A stretch of DNA of 64,000 nt from an uncultured Christensenellaceae bacterium (GTDB taxonomy: Bacteria > Bacillota > Clostridia > Christensenellales > SZUA-584), in contig CAZPHS010000005.1 of assembly GCA_964586785.1 (NCBI GenBank), positions 28,402-92,401 of the forward strand, written 5' to 3'. The notes under the pieces are model-generated. The model saw nothing but the letters and a program-made list of their open reading frames with translations, was not told the origin of the DNA and did no database searches. This document shows, one piece after another, positions 29,677 to 38,302 of the stretch; the stretch's first letter is position 1; each line of letters begins with the position of its first letter. The position numbers were made by a program, and so were the translations under genes.

Positions 29677-29819
29677 ACCGCCTTTCCCCGGCTCTTTTTA
29701 TTGCGATTGAGCTTTTTTAGCTCTCCTGCAAAAGCGTAATATTCGGGTTTCATGTCGTAAAACAGTTTCAGATTGAATGAGGCGTTTTGAATAATATCAT
29801 CAAACAATTCGGCATTCAT
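29667..29819 (-). CDS. Small hypothetical ORF (50 aa) overlapping the DUF3781-GNAT start
   Basis: MNAELFDDIIQNASFNLKLFYDMKPEYYAFAGELKKLNRNKKSRGKAVCN*; TATAAT on minus strand at 29844-29849; no clear RBS. Confidence 0.4.
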   Translation of the reverse strand: MNAELFDDIIQNASFNLKLFYDMKPEYYAFAGELKKLNRNKKSRGKAVCN

Positions 29820-29920
29820 GCAGCAATGGTCGTCCGACGGTTTATTATACAGTATAAAACTTCACGACAGTGTATCATATTAGAAAATAGATAACAACCC
29901 GCCATCAACCGGATTCTGTC

Positions 29921-30030
29921 AATCTGCGGTGGGTTGCTTGAAATGTACCCGCAGAAAAGGAGCGGTGACGGAGCATGGAAAATCCCGCAGGTTTTCCCGC
30001 GGGATTGGAATCGCGGAGTCCACCGCGACG
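29921..30030 (-). ncRNA. Structured element A immediately 3' of tRNA-Arg, unnamed (RNA or folded-DNA site)
   Basis: Hairpins TCGCGG/CCGCGA, AATCCCGCGGG/CCTGCGGGATT and TCTGCGG/CCGCAGA, plus long-range GCGGTG(G)AC/GTCACCGC. Confidence 0.55.
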
Positions 30031-30107
30031 TGGCGTACCCGGGAGGATTCGAACCTCTGGCCTTTGGAGTCGGAGTCCAACGCTCTATCCGGCTGAGCTA
30101 CGGGTAC
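30031..30107 (-). tRNA. tRNA-Arg(CCG), CCA encoded
   Basis: Cloverleaf GTACCCG/CGGGTAC acceptor, anticodon loop CTCCGAC, TTCGAAT T-loop, 77 nt. Confidence 0.96.
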
Positions 30108-30118
30108 ACGGCTCATTA

Positions 30119-30147
30119 AATATAACAGCTAAAAACGGTCAAGTCAA
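30119..30147 (-). promoter_or_regulatory. Sigma-A promoter of tRNA-Arg
   Basis: TTGACT - 17 nt - TATATT on minus strand. Confidence 0.65.
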
Positions 30148-30321
30148 TTTAATTCAAGCCGCTTTTATTGCCGCGGTTTGCGGCTCGCGTATTTATCAAA
30201 CATAAAACATTATCAGCTTTCTTTAACAAACGCTGTTTTTTTCTATCCGAAATTGCGCACATAATTTGCGGCAAAAGGCGAAAAATATCATCAGGACAAA
30301 CTTTAGAAAGGTGGAGCTGAC

Positions 30322-30477
30322 ATGCAAAAATTCAAGTCGGGTCAAAAAGCGCCGCAAAGCGGAGATTATAAGATAGTAAACGAAAGGGGACAGGTGGTCA
30401 GAAACGGCGTTACGCTCGACAAGGGCGATTCGTTTCCGCCGACACCGGGCGCAAACCAGCATTTCGTAAAAGAGTAG
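30322..30477 (+). CDS. YjzC-family small protein (51 aa; absent from ORF track)
   Basis: GAAAGGTGGAG RBS; MQKFKSGQKAPQSGDYKIVNERG...LDKGDSFPPTP motif. Confidence 0.85.
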   Translation: MQKFKSGQKAPQSGDYKIVNERGQVVRNGVTLDKGDSFPPTPGANQHFVKE

Positions 30478-30554
30478 GGATAAAGGGGGAAAGGAATATC
30501 CGGGGATTTGCGGAACAGAAAAACTCTTTGTCCGACTATCCTCGTGCGGAGGCG

Positions 30555-30589
30555 AACCAGTTACTATCAGGTGTAGTAGCTGGTTTTTT
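30555..30589 (+). terminator. Rho-independent terminator
   Basis: AACCAGTTACTAT/GTAGTAGCTGGTT stem plus T tract. Confidence 0.75.
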
Positions 30590-30734
30590 GCGGATTAAAA
30601 CAACATGTTGCAGGGAAAGTTAAACGTCATTTTAATAATTTATGTATTATATAATACCAAAACAAATATCAATTTGATATAATGGCTGTTAAGAAAATTT
30701 TTAAGCTTAATAAACAAAAGGATACGGGTGCGCG

Positions 30735-32018
30735 ATGGAAGCGAAAACCATAACATTAATACTGTTCTTGATTACTTACGCGTGTTTATTAATATATTCA
30801 AAGGCCAAAGCCTATATAGCGATTGGCTGCGCATTGATATTTGCCATTCTGGGTCAAATAGGTTTGTTGCCGGTATACAACTACTTAGCTGCAATCGATT
30901 GGAATGTTATAATGATGATTGCCGGCACAATGGGTGTTGTATCACTTTTTATTGAATCGAAAATGCCTTCAAAATTAGCCGATTTTATTATAGATAGGGT
31001 TCCCAATGTAAAATGGGCTATGGTGTCCCTGGCGTTATTCGCGGGCGTTATTTCCGCTTTCGTTGATAACGTCGCAACGGTTATAATGGTGGCGCCGGTC
31101 GCTCTTAATATCTCAAAGAAGCTTAGGATATCTCCCATACCAAGCATTATAACCATAGCGGTTTCATCCAATCTTCAAGGCGTCGCAACCTTAGTCGGCG
31201 ATACCACTTCCATTCTTCTCGGCGGAGAGGCAAACATGAATTTCCTTGATTTTTTCTTCTACAAAGGAAGGCCCGGGATATTCTGGGTGGTGGAAGCGGG
31301 CGCTCTCGCAACGGTGTTTATACTGCTCTGGTTGTTTAAAAAATATAAACATCCTATAAAATCTATGAACAAGACCGTAGTAAAAGATTATTTTCCCACC
31401 GTACTGCTTGTCGGAATTGTTGTTTTGTTAACGGCCGCTTCTTTTATAGGCAACAAGCCCGCCATAACAAATGGCCTTATATGCGTTGGATTAATGGTTG
31501 TGGGGCTGATACGTAAATTTATAAAGACAAGGGACAAAAATACGCTTGCCGACGCGCTCAGAGAGATTGATTATACAACGCTGAGTTTGCTGGCGGGTCT
31601 TTTCATTGTTATTGGGGGAATTAAAGAAGTGGGCATTATAGAAGATATTGGCGCGTTTTTTGTGTATGCCGGAAAGGGCAATTTATTTGTTATCTATTCT
31701 TTGATTCTTTGGGCGTCTGTGGCCATTTCCGCGGTTATTGATAATATACCGTATGTCGCCACCATGCTGCCGGTAACAACCGCTATCGCCGCAACAATGG
31801 GTATTGACCCGACGATTTTATATTTTGGTCTATTGGTTGGCGCAACCTTGGGCGGAAACATTACGCCAATAGGCGCATCGGCCAATATAGCGGGCATAGG
31901 CATACTCCGTAAAGCGGGTTACGACGTAGAGGCGAAAGATTTTATGAGAATAAGCGTTCCGTTTACACTCACGGCCGTGGCAACCGGTTATATATTGGTT
32001 TGGCTTATCTGGGCGTAA
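30735..32018 (+). CDS. ArsB/NhaD/SLC13-type ion or anion permease
   Basis: ISAFVDNVATV, SSNLQGVATLVGD, IDNIPYV, GGNITPIGASAN motifs. Confidence 0.88.
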   Translation: MEAKTITLILFLITYACLLIYSKAKAYIAIGCALIFAILGQIGLLPVYNYLAAIDWNVIMMIAGTMGVVSLFIESKMPSKLADFIIDRVPNVKWAMVSLALFAGVISAFVDNVATVIMVAPVALNISKKLRISPIPSIITIAVSSNLQGVATLVGDTTSILLGGEANMNFLDFFFYKGRPGIFWVVEAGALATVFILLWLFKKYKHPIKSMNKTVVKDYFPTVLLVGIVVLLTAASFIGNKPAITNGLICVGLMVVGLIRKFIKTRDKNTLADALREIDYTTLSLLAGLFIVIGGIKEVGIIEDIGAFFVYAGKGNLFVIYSLILWASVAISAVIDNIPYVATMLPVTTAIAATMGIDPTILYFGLLVGATLGGNITPIGASANIAGIGILRKAGYDVEAKDFMRISVPFTLTAVATGYILVWLIWA

Positions 32019-32128
32019 AAGCGCCGACGGTTAGAAACCGTTAAGACACATTCCGCAAAAACAAGCTTTATAATCCGGTGCGCGTTGTGCCATACTTAAA
32101 TAATAGGACAATAAGGAGTGCATTGTAA

Positions 32129-32620
32129 ATGCGCATTATATACAGCTTTAAACCGGTTTATGACAATAAAAGCCGGGTGTTGATATTAGGCTCCATTCCG
32201 GGCGGCGAATCACTGCGTAAAAAACAGTATTACGCGCATGAAAGGAACGCTTTTTGGCCTCTTATAAGCGCATTGCTTAATATGCCCTGCCCTGAAGATT
32301 ATCAGGCAAGGCTTAATATGCTGTTATCGCGCGGCATTGCGCTTTGGGACGTAATTAAAAGCTGTGAAAGAAAAGGCAGCCTTGATTCTAATATAAAAAA
32401 TGAGACGATAAACGACTTTGCGGATTTTTTTATAGCGCATACTAAAATAAAGCATGTCTTTTTTAACGGGGGCAAGGCATACAGCTTGTTTAAAAGCCGT
32501 ATAGGCTTCGCGTTTGACAACATAGGGTTTACAAAGCTTGGGTCAACAAGCCCCGCCCACGCGGTCACGTTTGAATCGCGTATTTCCGACTGGAAGCAAA
32601 TACTGCCTTATTTAATATAA
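32129..32620 (+). CDS. Uracil-DNA glycosylase superfamily, hypoxanthine/deoxyinosine glycosylase type
   Basis: LILGSIPG, QYYAHERNAFW, WDVIKSC, STSPA motifs. Confidence 0.88.
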   Translation: MRIIYSFKPVYDNKSRVLILGSIPGGESLRKKQYYAHERNAFWPLISALLNMPCPEDYQARLNMLLSRGIALWDVIKSCERKGSLDSNIKNETINDFADFFIAHTKIKHVFFNGGKAYSLFKSRIGFAFDNIGFTKLGSTSPAHAVTFESRISDWKQILPYLI

Positions 32621-32675
32621 ACGCACACGCCTTATTCTTTTTTACACTTTCGTTTAAATAAACTTAAGGGAAATT

Positions 32676-32705
32676 GCATGTTTTAGCGGCTTTACAGGAA
32701 AAATA
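32676..32705 (+). promoter_or_regulatory. Possible forespore sigma-F/G promoter of YhfW-like gene
   Basis: GCATG - 16 nt - GGAAAAATA. Confidence 0.35.
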
Positions 32706-32729
32706 GAATAAACTATTTATGGAGCCGGT

Positions 32730-34229
32730 ATGAAACAAATATCCTTATGGGAGGAGACATCTTCTCCGCCAAAATATAAGCGGCTTTCGGGCACGCACCG
32801 CTGTGATATCGCGGTGGCGGGCGGCGGTCTTTCAGGCATAACGGCGGCGTTGCTTTTGCGCCGTGCCGGACTTAACGTATGTGTGGCGGAAGCCGGCGCG
32901 ATAGGGAGCGGCACCAGCGGGCGCACCACCGCTAAAGTGACTGTGCAGCACGGCTTGAAGCTAAAAGGGCTTTCACAAGAGACGGCGCGCGCTTATATGG
33001 CCGCAAACAACGCGGGACTTGTACTCATTGAAAAGCTTATTCGCGATTTGAATATTGATTGCCATTTTGAACGCCTTCCGGCATACGTTTACGCGCTGAC
33101 AGAAAAAGAGCGGCGGGACATAATAAAAGAAAAGAAGGTTTATGATAAGCTCGGCGTAAACGCAAGTATAGAAAAAAGCGTACCGCTGCCTTTTGATATA
33201 ATATGCGCTTTGAAAACGGAAAATCAGGCGCAGTTTCATCCGTTAAAATATCTTTATTCGCTCGCGGACGAATTAACTAAAGAAGGGGTTCCGATATTTG
33301 AGCAAACTCGCGTAAACAAAGTGGAAAGGAACGATTATGGCGTTACGCTGCACACGCGGGACGGGCGGATACACGCGGATGCCGCCGTGCTTGCCGCCGG
33401 CTATCCTCTGGTAGAATTCCCGGGACTGTTTTTTATCCGTATGCATCAAAGCCGTTCATACATTATTGCGGCAAAAGGGTATAAAGAGGGTATGCGCGGC
33501 ATTTTTATTAACGCGGGCGAACCGGTAAACTCGGTGCGGTCGTATAATACAGACGCAGATAACTGGCTGCTCGCGGTAGGGTATGGTCATAAAACGGGCA
33601 GTGAGTATGAGGCGAACACAGGCATTGAACCGCTAGAAGGTTTTTTGCGCCGGTATTTTCCCAAAACGCGCGCGTACTGCGGCTGGTCTGCGCAGGATTG
33701 TATTACTGTGGACGGAATGCCGTACGCGGGCGCGCTGTATAAAGATAACCCTAATGTATACGTAGCGACGGGCTATGCCAAGTGGGGCATGACTAACAGC
33801 GCCGCCGCCGCCATGATTATTTGCGACGAACACACCGGAAACAACATGATAGATAAGGAGGTGCGCGCACATTTTAGCCCCCTGCGCGTTGCTCCGGCCG
33901 CGTCCGCAAAAGGCTTTGTAAAGCAAACCGCGGATACGCTTCGCACATTTGCAGCGGGCAACATCAATATTAAAGCGGGCGCTTATGACGATGTGCCGGC
34001 AGGGGAGGGGGCGGTAAGGCGCGTGGACGGTCATGCCGCCGCCATAGGAAGGGAGAAAGACGGTACGCTGCATGTATTTAACGCGCACTGCACGCATATG
34101 CGCTGTCCGGTGGAATATAACGAAGAATCCCGCTCTTTTGACTGCCGGTGTCACGGCTCGCGCTTTGGGCTTAACGGCGAGGTGTTAAGCGGTCCCGCGA
34201 AACGTCCGCTTGAACCGATGGAAGACTGA
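32730..34229 (+). CDS. FAD-dependent oxidoreductase with C-terminal Rieske domain (YhfW-like)
   Basis: GGGLSG, GTSGRTTAKVT, GYAKWGMT; Rieske CTHMRC...FDCRCHGSRF. Confidence 0.9.
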   Translation: MKQISLWEETSSPPKYKRLSGTHRCDIAVAGGGLSGITAALLLRRAGLNVCVAEAGAIGSGTSGRTTAKVTVQHGLKLKGLSQETARAYMAANNAGLVLIEKLIRDLNIDCHFERLPAYVYALTEKERRDIIKEKKVYDKLGVNASIEKSVPLPFDIICALKTENQAQFHPLKYLYSLADELTKEGVPIFEQTRVNKVERNDYGVTLHTRDGRIHADAAVLAAGYPLVEFPGLFFIRMHQSRSYIIAAKGYKEGMRGIFINAGEPVNSVRSYNTDADNWLLAVGYGHKTGSEYEANTGIEPLEGFLRRYFPKTRAYCGWSAQDCITVDGMPYAGALYKDNPNVYVATGYAKWGMTNSAAAAMIICDEHTGNNMIDKEVRAHFSPLRVAPAASAKGFVKQTADTLRTFAAGNINIKAGAYDDVPAGEGAVRRVDGHAAAIGREKDGTLHVFNAHCTHMRCPVEYNEESRSFDCRCHGSRFGLNGEVLSGPAKRPLEPMED

Positions 34230-34289
34230 ACAAGTTCCGCGCCGCTTTTTAGTTAAGTCCGCAAAATTTCTCGCCATACATCCTCTATT

Positions 34290-36164
34290 TTACGAAACCG
34301 ACTCTTTGTGTTTGGATTCAAGCATAGCCTCCATCGCGTTGTGTACCGCGGTTCGCATTTCAAGCATTTTTGAACGCTCGGTACCGCTTTTAGCGGGATA
34401 TTCCGGCTTGCCTATATTAAGGTCAACAAGCGGCTTTTTGCGCAATTTTGAAAGCAGCCCTTTAGAATTCCGGAATGTAAACACCATAGGCACAACCGGT
34501 ACCCCCGATTTAACCGCCAAATGGAAAGCGCCGTTCTTAAACGGTCTGAGTTTATTGTGCCATGGCCACAAAGAAGCCTCCGGATAAAAATGAACGATTC
34601 GTCCTTTTAAAAGCTGCGTGCGCATAGACTCCATAAAGGCGTGAAGCGCTTTAGGGGATTCGGGAATCGGAACGCCACCGAGCAACCGTATTATTCGTCT
34701 TATAACGGGTATTTCAAGGTTGTTTTTCAGAGTGGCGAATAACGGTTTGCGCGGAAACAGCGTACACGCGACCATGGGCGAGTCAAGATAATGCACATGA
34801 TTGGTGACGGTTACCGCGCCGCTTTTTAAAAATCGAAGGTTCTTTTTCCCGTGTATCTTCAAACCGAAAAACAGCATTGATACAATATCAAGAAGCGGTA
34901 TCGCTATTATATAGAAAAGAAGCCACGAGCCTATGCGGAAGAAAATGTTGCGGTTGATAAAGCGGTATCGCGCGTCAACACGGCAGACATACGGCGTTGG
35001 CATATGCAAGGCGTGGGAATGGGGGTCGTCCGGATTAAACGCGCCCTTGCGGTGCTCCGCGACGACGCCCTTGTATACGGCTTCTATTTTATCTATAGAT
35101 TTGTCAATAGAATATTCGCCCGCCTTGGCAAGATACAGCTTGCCCATGCGCGCCCGCTCGCTTGTATTCTCAATCCAGTAATCAATTTTCGCCGCCAAAT
35201 CCGCGGCGCTGTTATTGGAAAACAGGCTGCGCTTATCAATCGCGAACTGCTTCGCGGCGCTTCTGTCCGAATCGGAAATAACGGGCACTAAGCCTGTCGC
35301 TATGGCTTCAAGGCACACTATAGATTCTATTTCCGCCTCCGCGGCGTGAACATAAAGGTCTGCTTGGTTGTAAGCTAAAGCCATTTTATACTGATCGACG
35401 TATTTAAAAACAGGGCGGTTTTTAAGTTTTCTTCCAACGCGTTCATAACGGTTCTTTAAAGGACCCTTGCCCAAAAACACAAGCTGAATTTTATCGGAGT
35501 GTTTGGATTTTAACGCGGCCTTTATCACAATGTCCTGGCGTTTTTCGGGCGCTAATCTGCCCGCCATGAGTATTACGAATTTATCCTCCCATTCCGAGGG
35601 CTTTTTTGTATCAATAGGGTGAAACGCATAGCTTATACCGTTGGAGATTATGTGCATTTTCGCGGCGTAGCGGTGCTTTAGAAGCTGCTTTGCTATAAAG
35701 CCGGACGGACAATGAATGTCGCGTATATAGCGGTAGAACCGGCGGCGAAACCGGCGGTATAATATGCTGGGAAGCCATCGGCCTCTAATACCCATATTAA
35801 AAGAGATGTTTTCCGGCTGGCAGTGAAAAGCGGCCATGTACGGTATATTCATTTCGTCCGCTATTTTGCGCGCCTTTAAACAAAGCTTAAAAGGCAGGTG
35901 CAGATGAACCACATCGGCCCCTTCAAACGCCTTTTTAATAACCGATTTATCGGGTACGCCGAAAACCATACCGTGAGATTTGAATATAGGATTTAGAAGG
36001 CTTTTCTTTGCGCGGACGACGTATTTATACGGACCGGCGCGGCCGGTTGAAACAACACGCACCTCATGGCCGCGCTCACGCAAGCAGTTTACGAAACGCG
36101 CAGCGGAAACAGACGTACCGTTATTATGGCTGTCAAATTGATCGACCACATATACAATTTTCAT
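34290..36164 (-). CDS. GT4 glycosyltransferase fused to lysophospholipid acyltransferase domain
   Basis: N-term NNGTSVSA..HCQPEN..EIESIVCLEA; C-term NHVHYLD (HX4D) and FYPEAS. Confidence 0.85.
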   Translation of the reverse strand: MKIVYVVDQFDSHNNGTSVSAARFVNCLRERGHEVRVVSTGRAGPYKYVVRAKKSLLNPIFKSHGMVFGVPDKSVIKKAFEGADVVHLHLPFKLCLKARKIADEMNIPYMAAFHCQPENISFNMGIRGRWLPSILYRRFRRRFYRYIRDIHCPSGFIAKQLLKHRYAAKMHIISNGISYAFHPIDTKKPSEWEDKFVILMAGRLAPEKRQDIVIKAALKSKHSDKIQLVFLGKGPLKNRYERVGRKLKNRPVFKYVDQYKMALAYNQADLYVHAAEAEIESIVCLEAIATGLVPVISDSDRSAAKQFAIDKRSLFSNNSAADLAAKIDYWIENTSERARMGKLYLAKAGEYSIDKSIDKIEAVYKGVVAEHRKGAFNPDDPHSHALHMPTPYVCRVDARYRFINRNIFFRIGSWLLFYIIAIPLLDIVSMLFFGLKIHGKKNLRFLKSGAVTVTNHVHYLDSPMVACTLFPRKPLFATLKNNLEIPVIRRIIRLLGGVPIPESPKALHAFMESMRTQLLKGRIVHFYPEASLWPWHNKLRPFKNGAFHLAVKSGVPVVPMVFTFRNSKGLLSKLRKKPLVDLNIGKPEYPAKSGTERSKMLEMRTAVHNAMEAMLESKHKESVS

Positions 36165-36424
36165 TTTTACATATAATAAAGGAAATAATAATATGAAAAA
36201 ATAATAGCGGGCGCTCCTTTATTAAGAAACCTCCTTCGCGCTTTTATTTTATGAATATATTTATGATACATCAGCAAGGCTGTTTTGGCAAATACGGAAC
36301 GATTGCCGGTAAAAATACGGAGCGAATATTATCAGCCAAATGCGCGCAATTACGAATACGCGCACCTTGTTTTATGATCAATTTCGTATTATAATTGGCT
36401 GATTAAATATAAACGGGGTATTTT

Positions 36425-37159
36425 ATGCTTGAGCTTAATGATATTTCATTGACAATAGGGGGAAACCCCATACTTAAAAATATAAGCCTGCAGCTTGATT
36501 TGGGCAAAATATATGTGATTACCGGTCCGAACGGAAGCGGCAAATCATCGCTCGCTCGCGTTATTATGGGAATTGACACGCCTGATAAAGGGACTGTCGT
36601 TTTAGACGGGCAAGATATTACAAATCTTGATATTACGCGGCGCGCGCGGCTTGGCATAGGCTATGCGTTTCAGCATCCTCCGCGCTTTAAGGGCATAAAG
36701 GTTTCCGATTTGTTAAAGCTTTCGGTAGGCGAAGGCTCGCGTAAGGTGTGGGATCTTTTATACAGCGTAGGGCTGTGCTCTCGCGATTACCTTGAACGCG
36801 ACGTTGACGCGACTCTTTCGGGAGGAGAGATAAAACGAATAGAGATAGCGACCGTTCTGGCGCGCAATCTTAAAGTTGCGGTATTTGATGAACCCGAGGC
36901 AGGTATAGACCTGTGGAGCTTCCAGAAGCTTGCCGAAACATTCAAGCAAATGCACGAGCGCCTGTCAACCACAATAATTATCATTTCTCATCAGGAACGC
37001 ATTTTAGAGCTGGCTGATGAGATTATGCTTATTAATAACGGGGGCATTCGCAGAAATGTGGCGTGCGGCGATATTTACAAGCCGGGCGTTCGGGCAAACT
37101 GTGAATGCAGCGAAAACTGCGGTAAGGTGGAGGTTAAAGATGCTCAGTGCATTGGATAA
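36425..37159 (+). CDS. sufC: SufC-like Fe-S assembly ATPase
   Basis: GPNGSGKS, LSGGEIKRIEIA, FDEPEAGIDLWSF; Cys-rich C-terminus. Confidence 0.85.
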   Translation: MLELNDISLTIGGNPILKNISLQLDLGKIYVITGPNGSGKSSLARVIMGIDTPDKGTVVLDGQDITNLDITRRARLGIGYAFQHPPRFKGIKVSDLLKLSVGEGSRKVWDLLYSVGLCSRDYLERDVDATLSGGEIKRIEIATVLARNLKVAVFDEPEAGIDLWSFQKLAETFKQMHERLSTTIIIISHQERILELADEIMLINNGGIRRNVACGDIYKPGVRANCECSENCGKVEVKDAQCIG

Positions 37160-38060
37160 GCTGATTTTAGAACAGGTGGCGGATATTCACGATGTACCGC
37201 AGGGCGCGTACAATATACGGCGGAACGGGGAAGGCGCGGGGCGCAACACCACTGTAAATATTGATATTGCCACAAAAAAGGACAGGCAGGGAATAAACAT
37301 AACCGTTAAGCCGCATACAAAGAATGAAAGCGTACATATTCCGGTTATACTGACTGCCGAGGGCTTAACCGACATCGTTTATAATACGTTTGAGATAGGC
37401 GAGGGCGCGGACGTGCTTATTGTCGCGGGCTGCGGTATACATAATACGGGCAGCGGAAAATCCCAGCACGATGGCGTCCACGAATTTTTTGTACGGCGGG
37501 GCGCGCGCGTGCGTTATATAGAAAAGCATTACGGGCAAGGAGACGGCACGGGTCAAAAGGTTTTAAATCCCAAAACAATAATACACGCGGAGCCGGATTC
37601 GACGGTTGAGCTTGAGCTTGTACAGATACGCGGGGTTGACAGCACCCGCAGGGATACGGTGATAAACCTTGAGGATAAAGCCAAGCTTATTGTTACGGAA
37701 CGGCTTTTAACCGACGGGGTTCAGCAGGCGTTTTCGTCCATAGCGATAGATATGAAAGGCAAAGACTGCTCCGCCCAGATAATATCGCGCTCTGTGGCGC
37801 AGGGCGGTTCCAAGCAGGATTTTGTATTCGACCTTATCGGAAGGAACGCGTGCCGCGGGCACATACAATGCGACGCCATAATAATGGACAACGCTGTTGT
37901 AATATCGACACCGCGAATATCGGCATACCATGAATACGCGCAGCTTGTGCATGAGGCGGCGATAGGACGCTTAGAATCGCAGCAGCTGCTTAAGCTTGAA
38001 TCGTTAGGATTATCGCCCAAAGAAGCGGAAGACACTATACTTAAAGGATTCTTGCGATAA
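37140..38060 (+). CDS. SufB/SufD family Fe-S scaffold
   Basis: GGAGG RBS before ATG37140; GHIQCDAII, LVHEAAIGRL..LGLS..EAE motifs. Confidence 0.88.
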   Translation: MLSALDKLILEQVADIHDVPQGAYNIRRNGEGAGRNTTVNIDIATKKDRQGINITVKPHTKNESVHIPVILTAEGLTDIVYNTFEIGEGADVLIVAGCGIHNTGSGKSQHDGVHEFFVRRGARVRYIEKHYGQGDGTGQKVLNPKTIIHAEPDSTVELELVQIRGVDSTRRDTVINLEDKAKLIVTERLLTDGVQQAFSSIAIDMKGKDCSAQIISRSVAQGGSKQDFVFDLIGRNACRGHIQCDAIIMDNAVVISTPRISAYHEYAQLVHEAAIGRLESQQLLKLESLGLSPKEAEDTILKGFLR

Positions 38061-38302
38061 GGGGCAAAACAACATACCATTTGCGTGGCACAATGATGTA
38101 CGTAATAGCTAGCAATATTACATTAACTGGCGCACTTTACATATCCTACTAATAATACTGTAAGGTTTAACTTTAATTATTAGTTACTTTTTTAATTGAG
38201 GAAACCAGTGGTAAAAAAATATTTGTTACAGTATAATGGCCTTGGTAATACTTACAATTACCACCATATAAACCCGACCACCAATTATTGAGAGGATATA
38301 TT

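Noticed and set aside
29919-30205. Three short ORFs across the tRNA region
   Set aside because: They overlap tRNA-Arg and element A; non-coding explanation is sufficient
30480-30600. Possible riboswitch upstream of the ArsB/NhaD-type transporter
   Set aside because: No match by eye to c-di-AMP, fluoride, ykoK or other aptamers; it sits ~150 nt before the gene and fits the yjzC-like 3' end better
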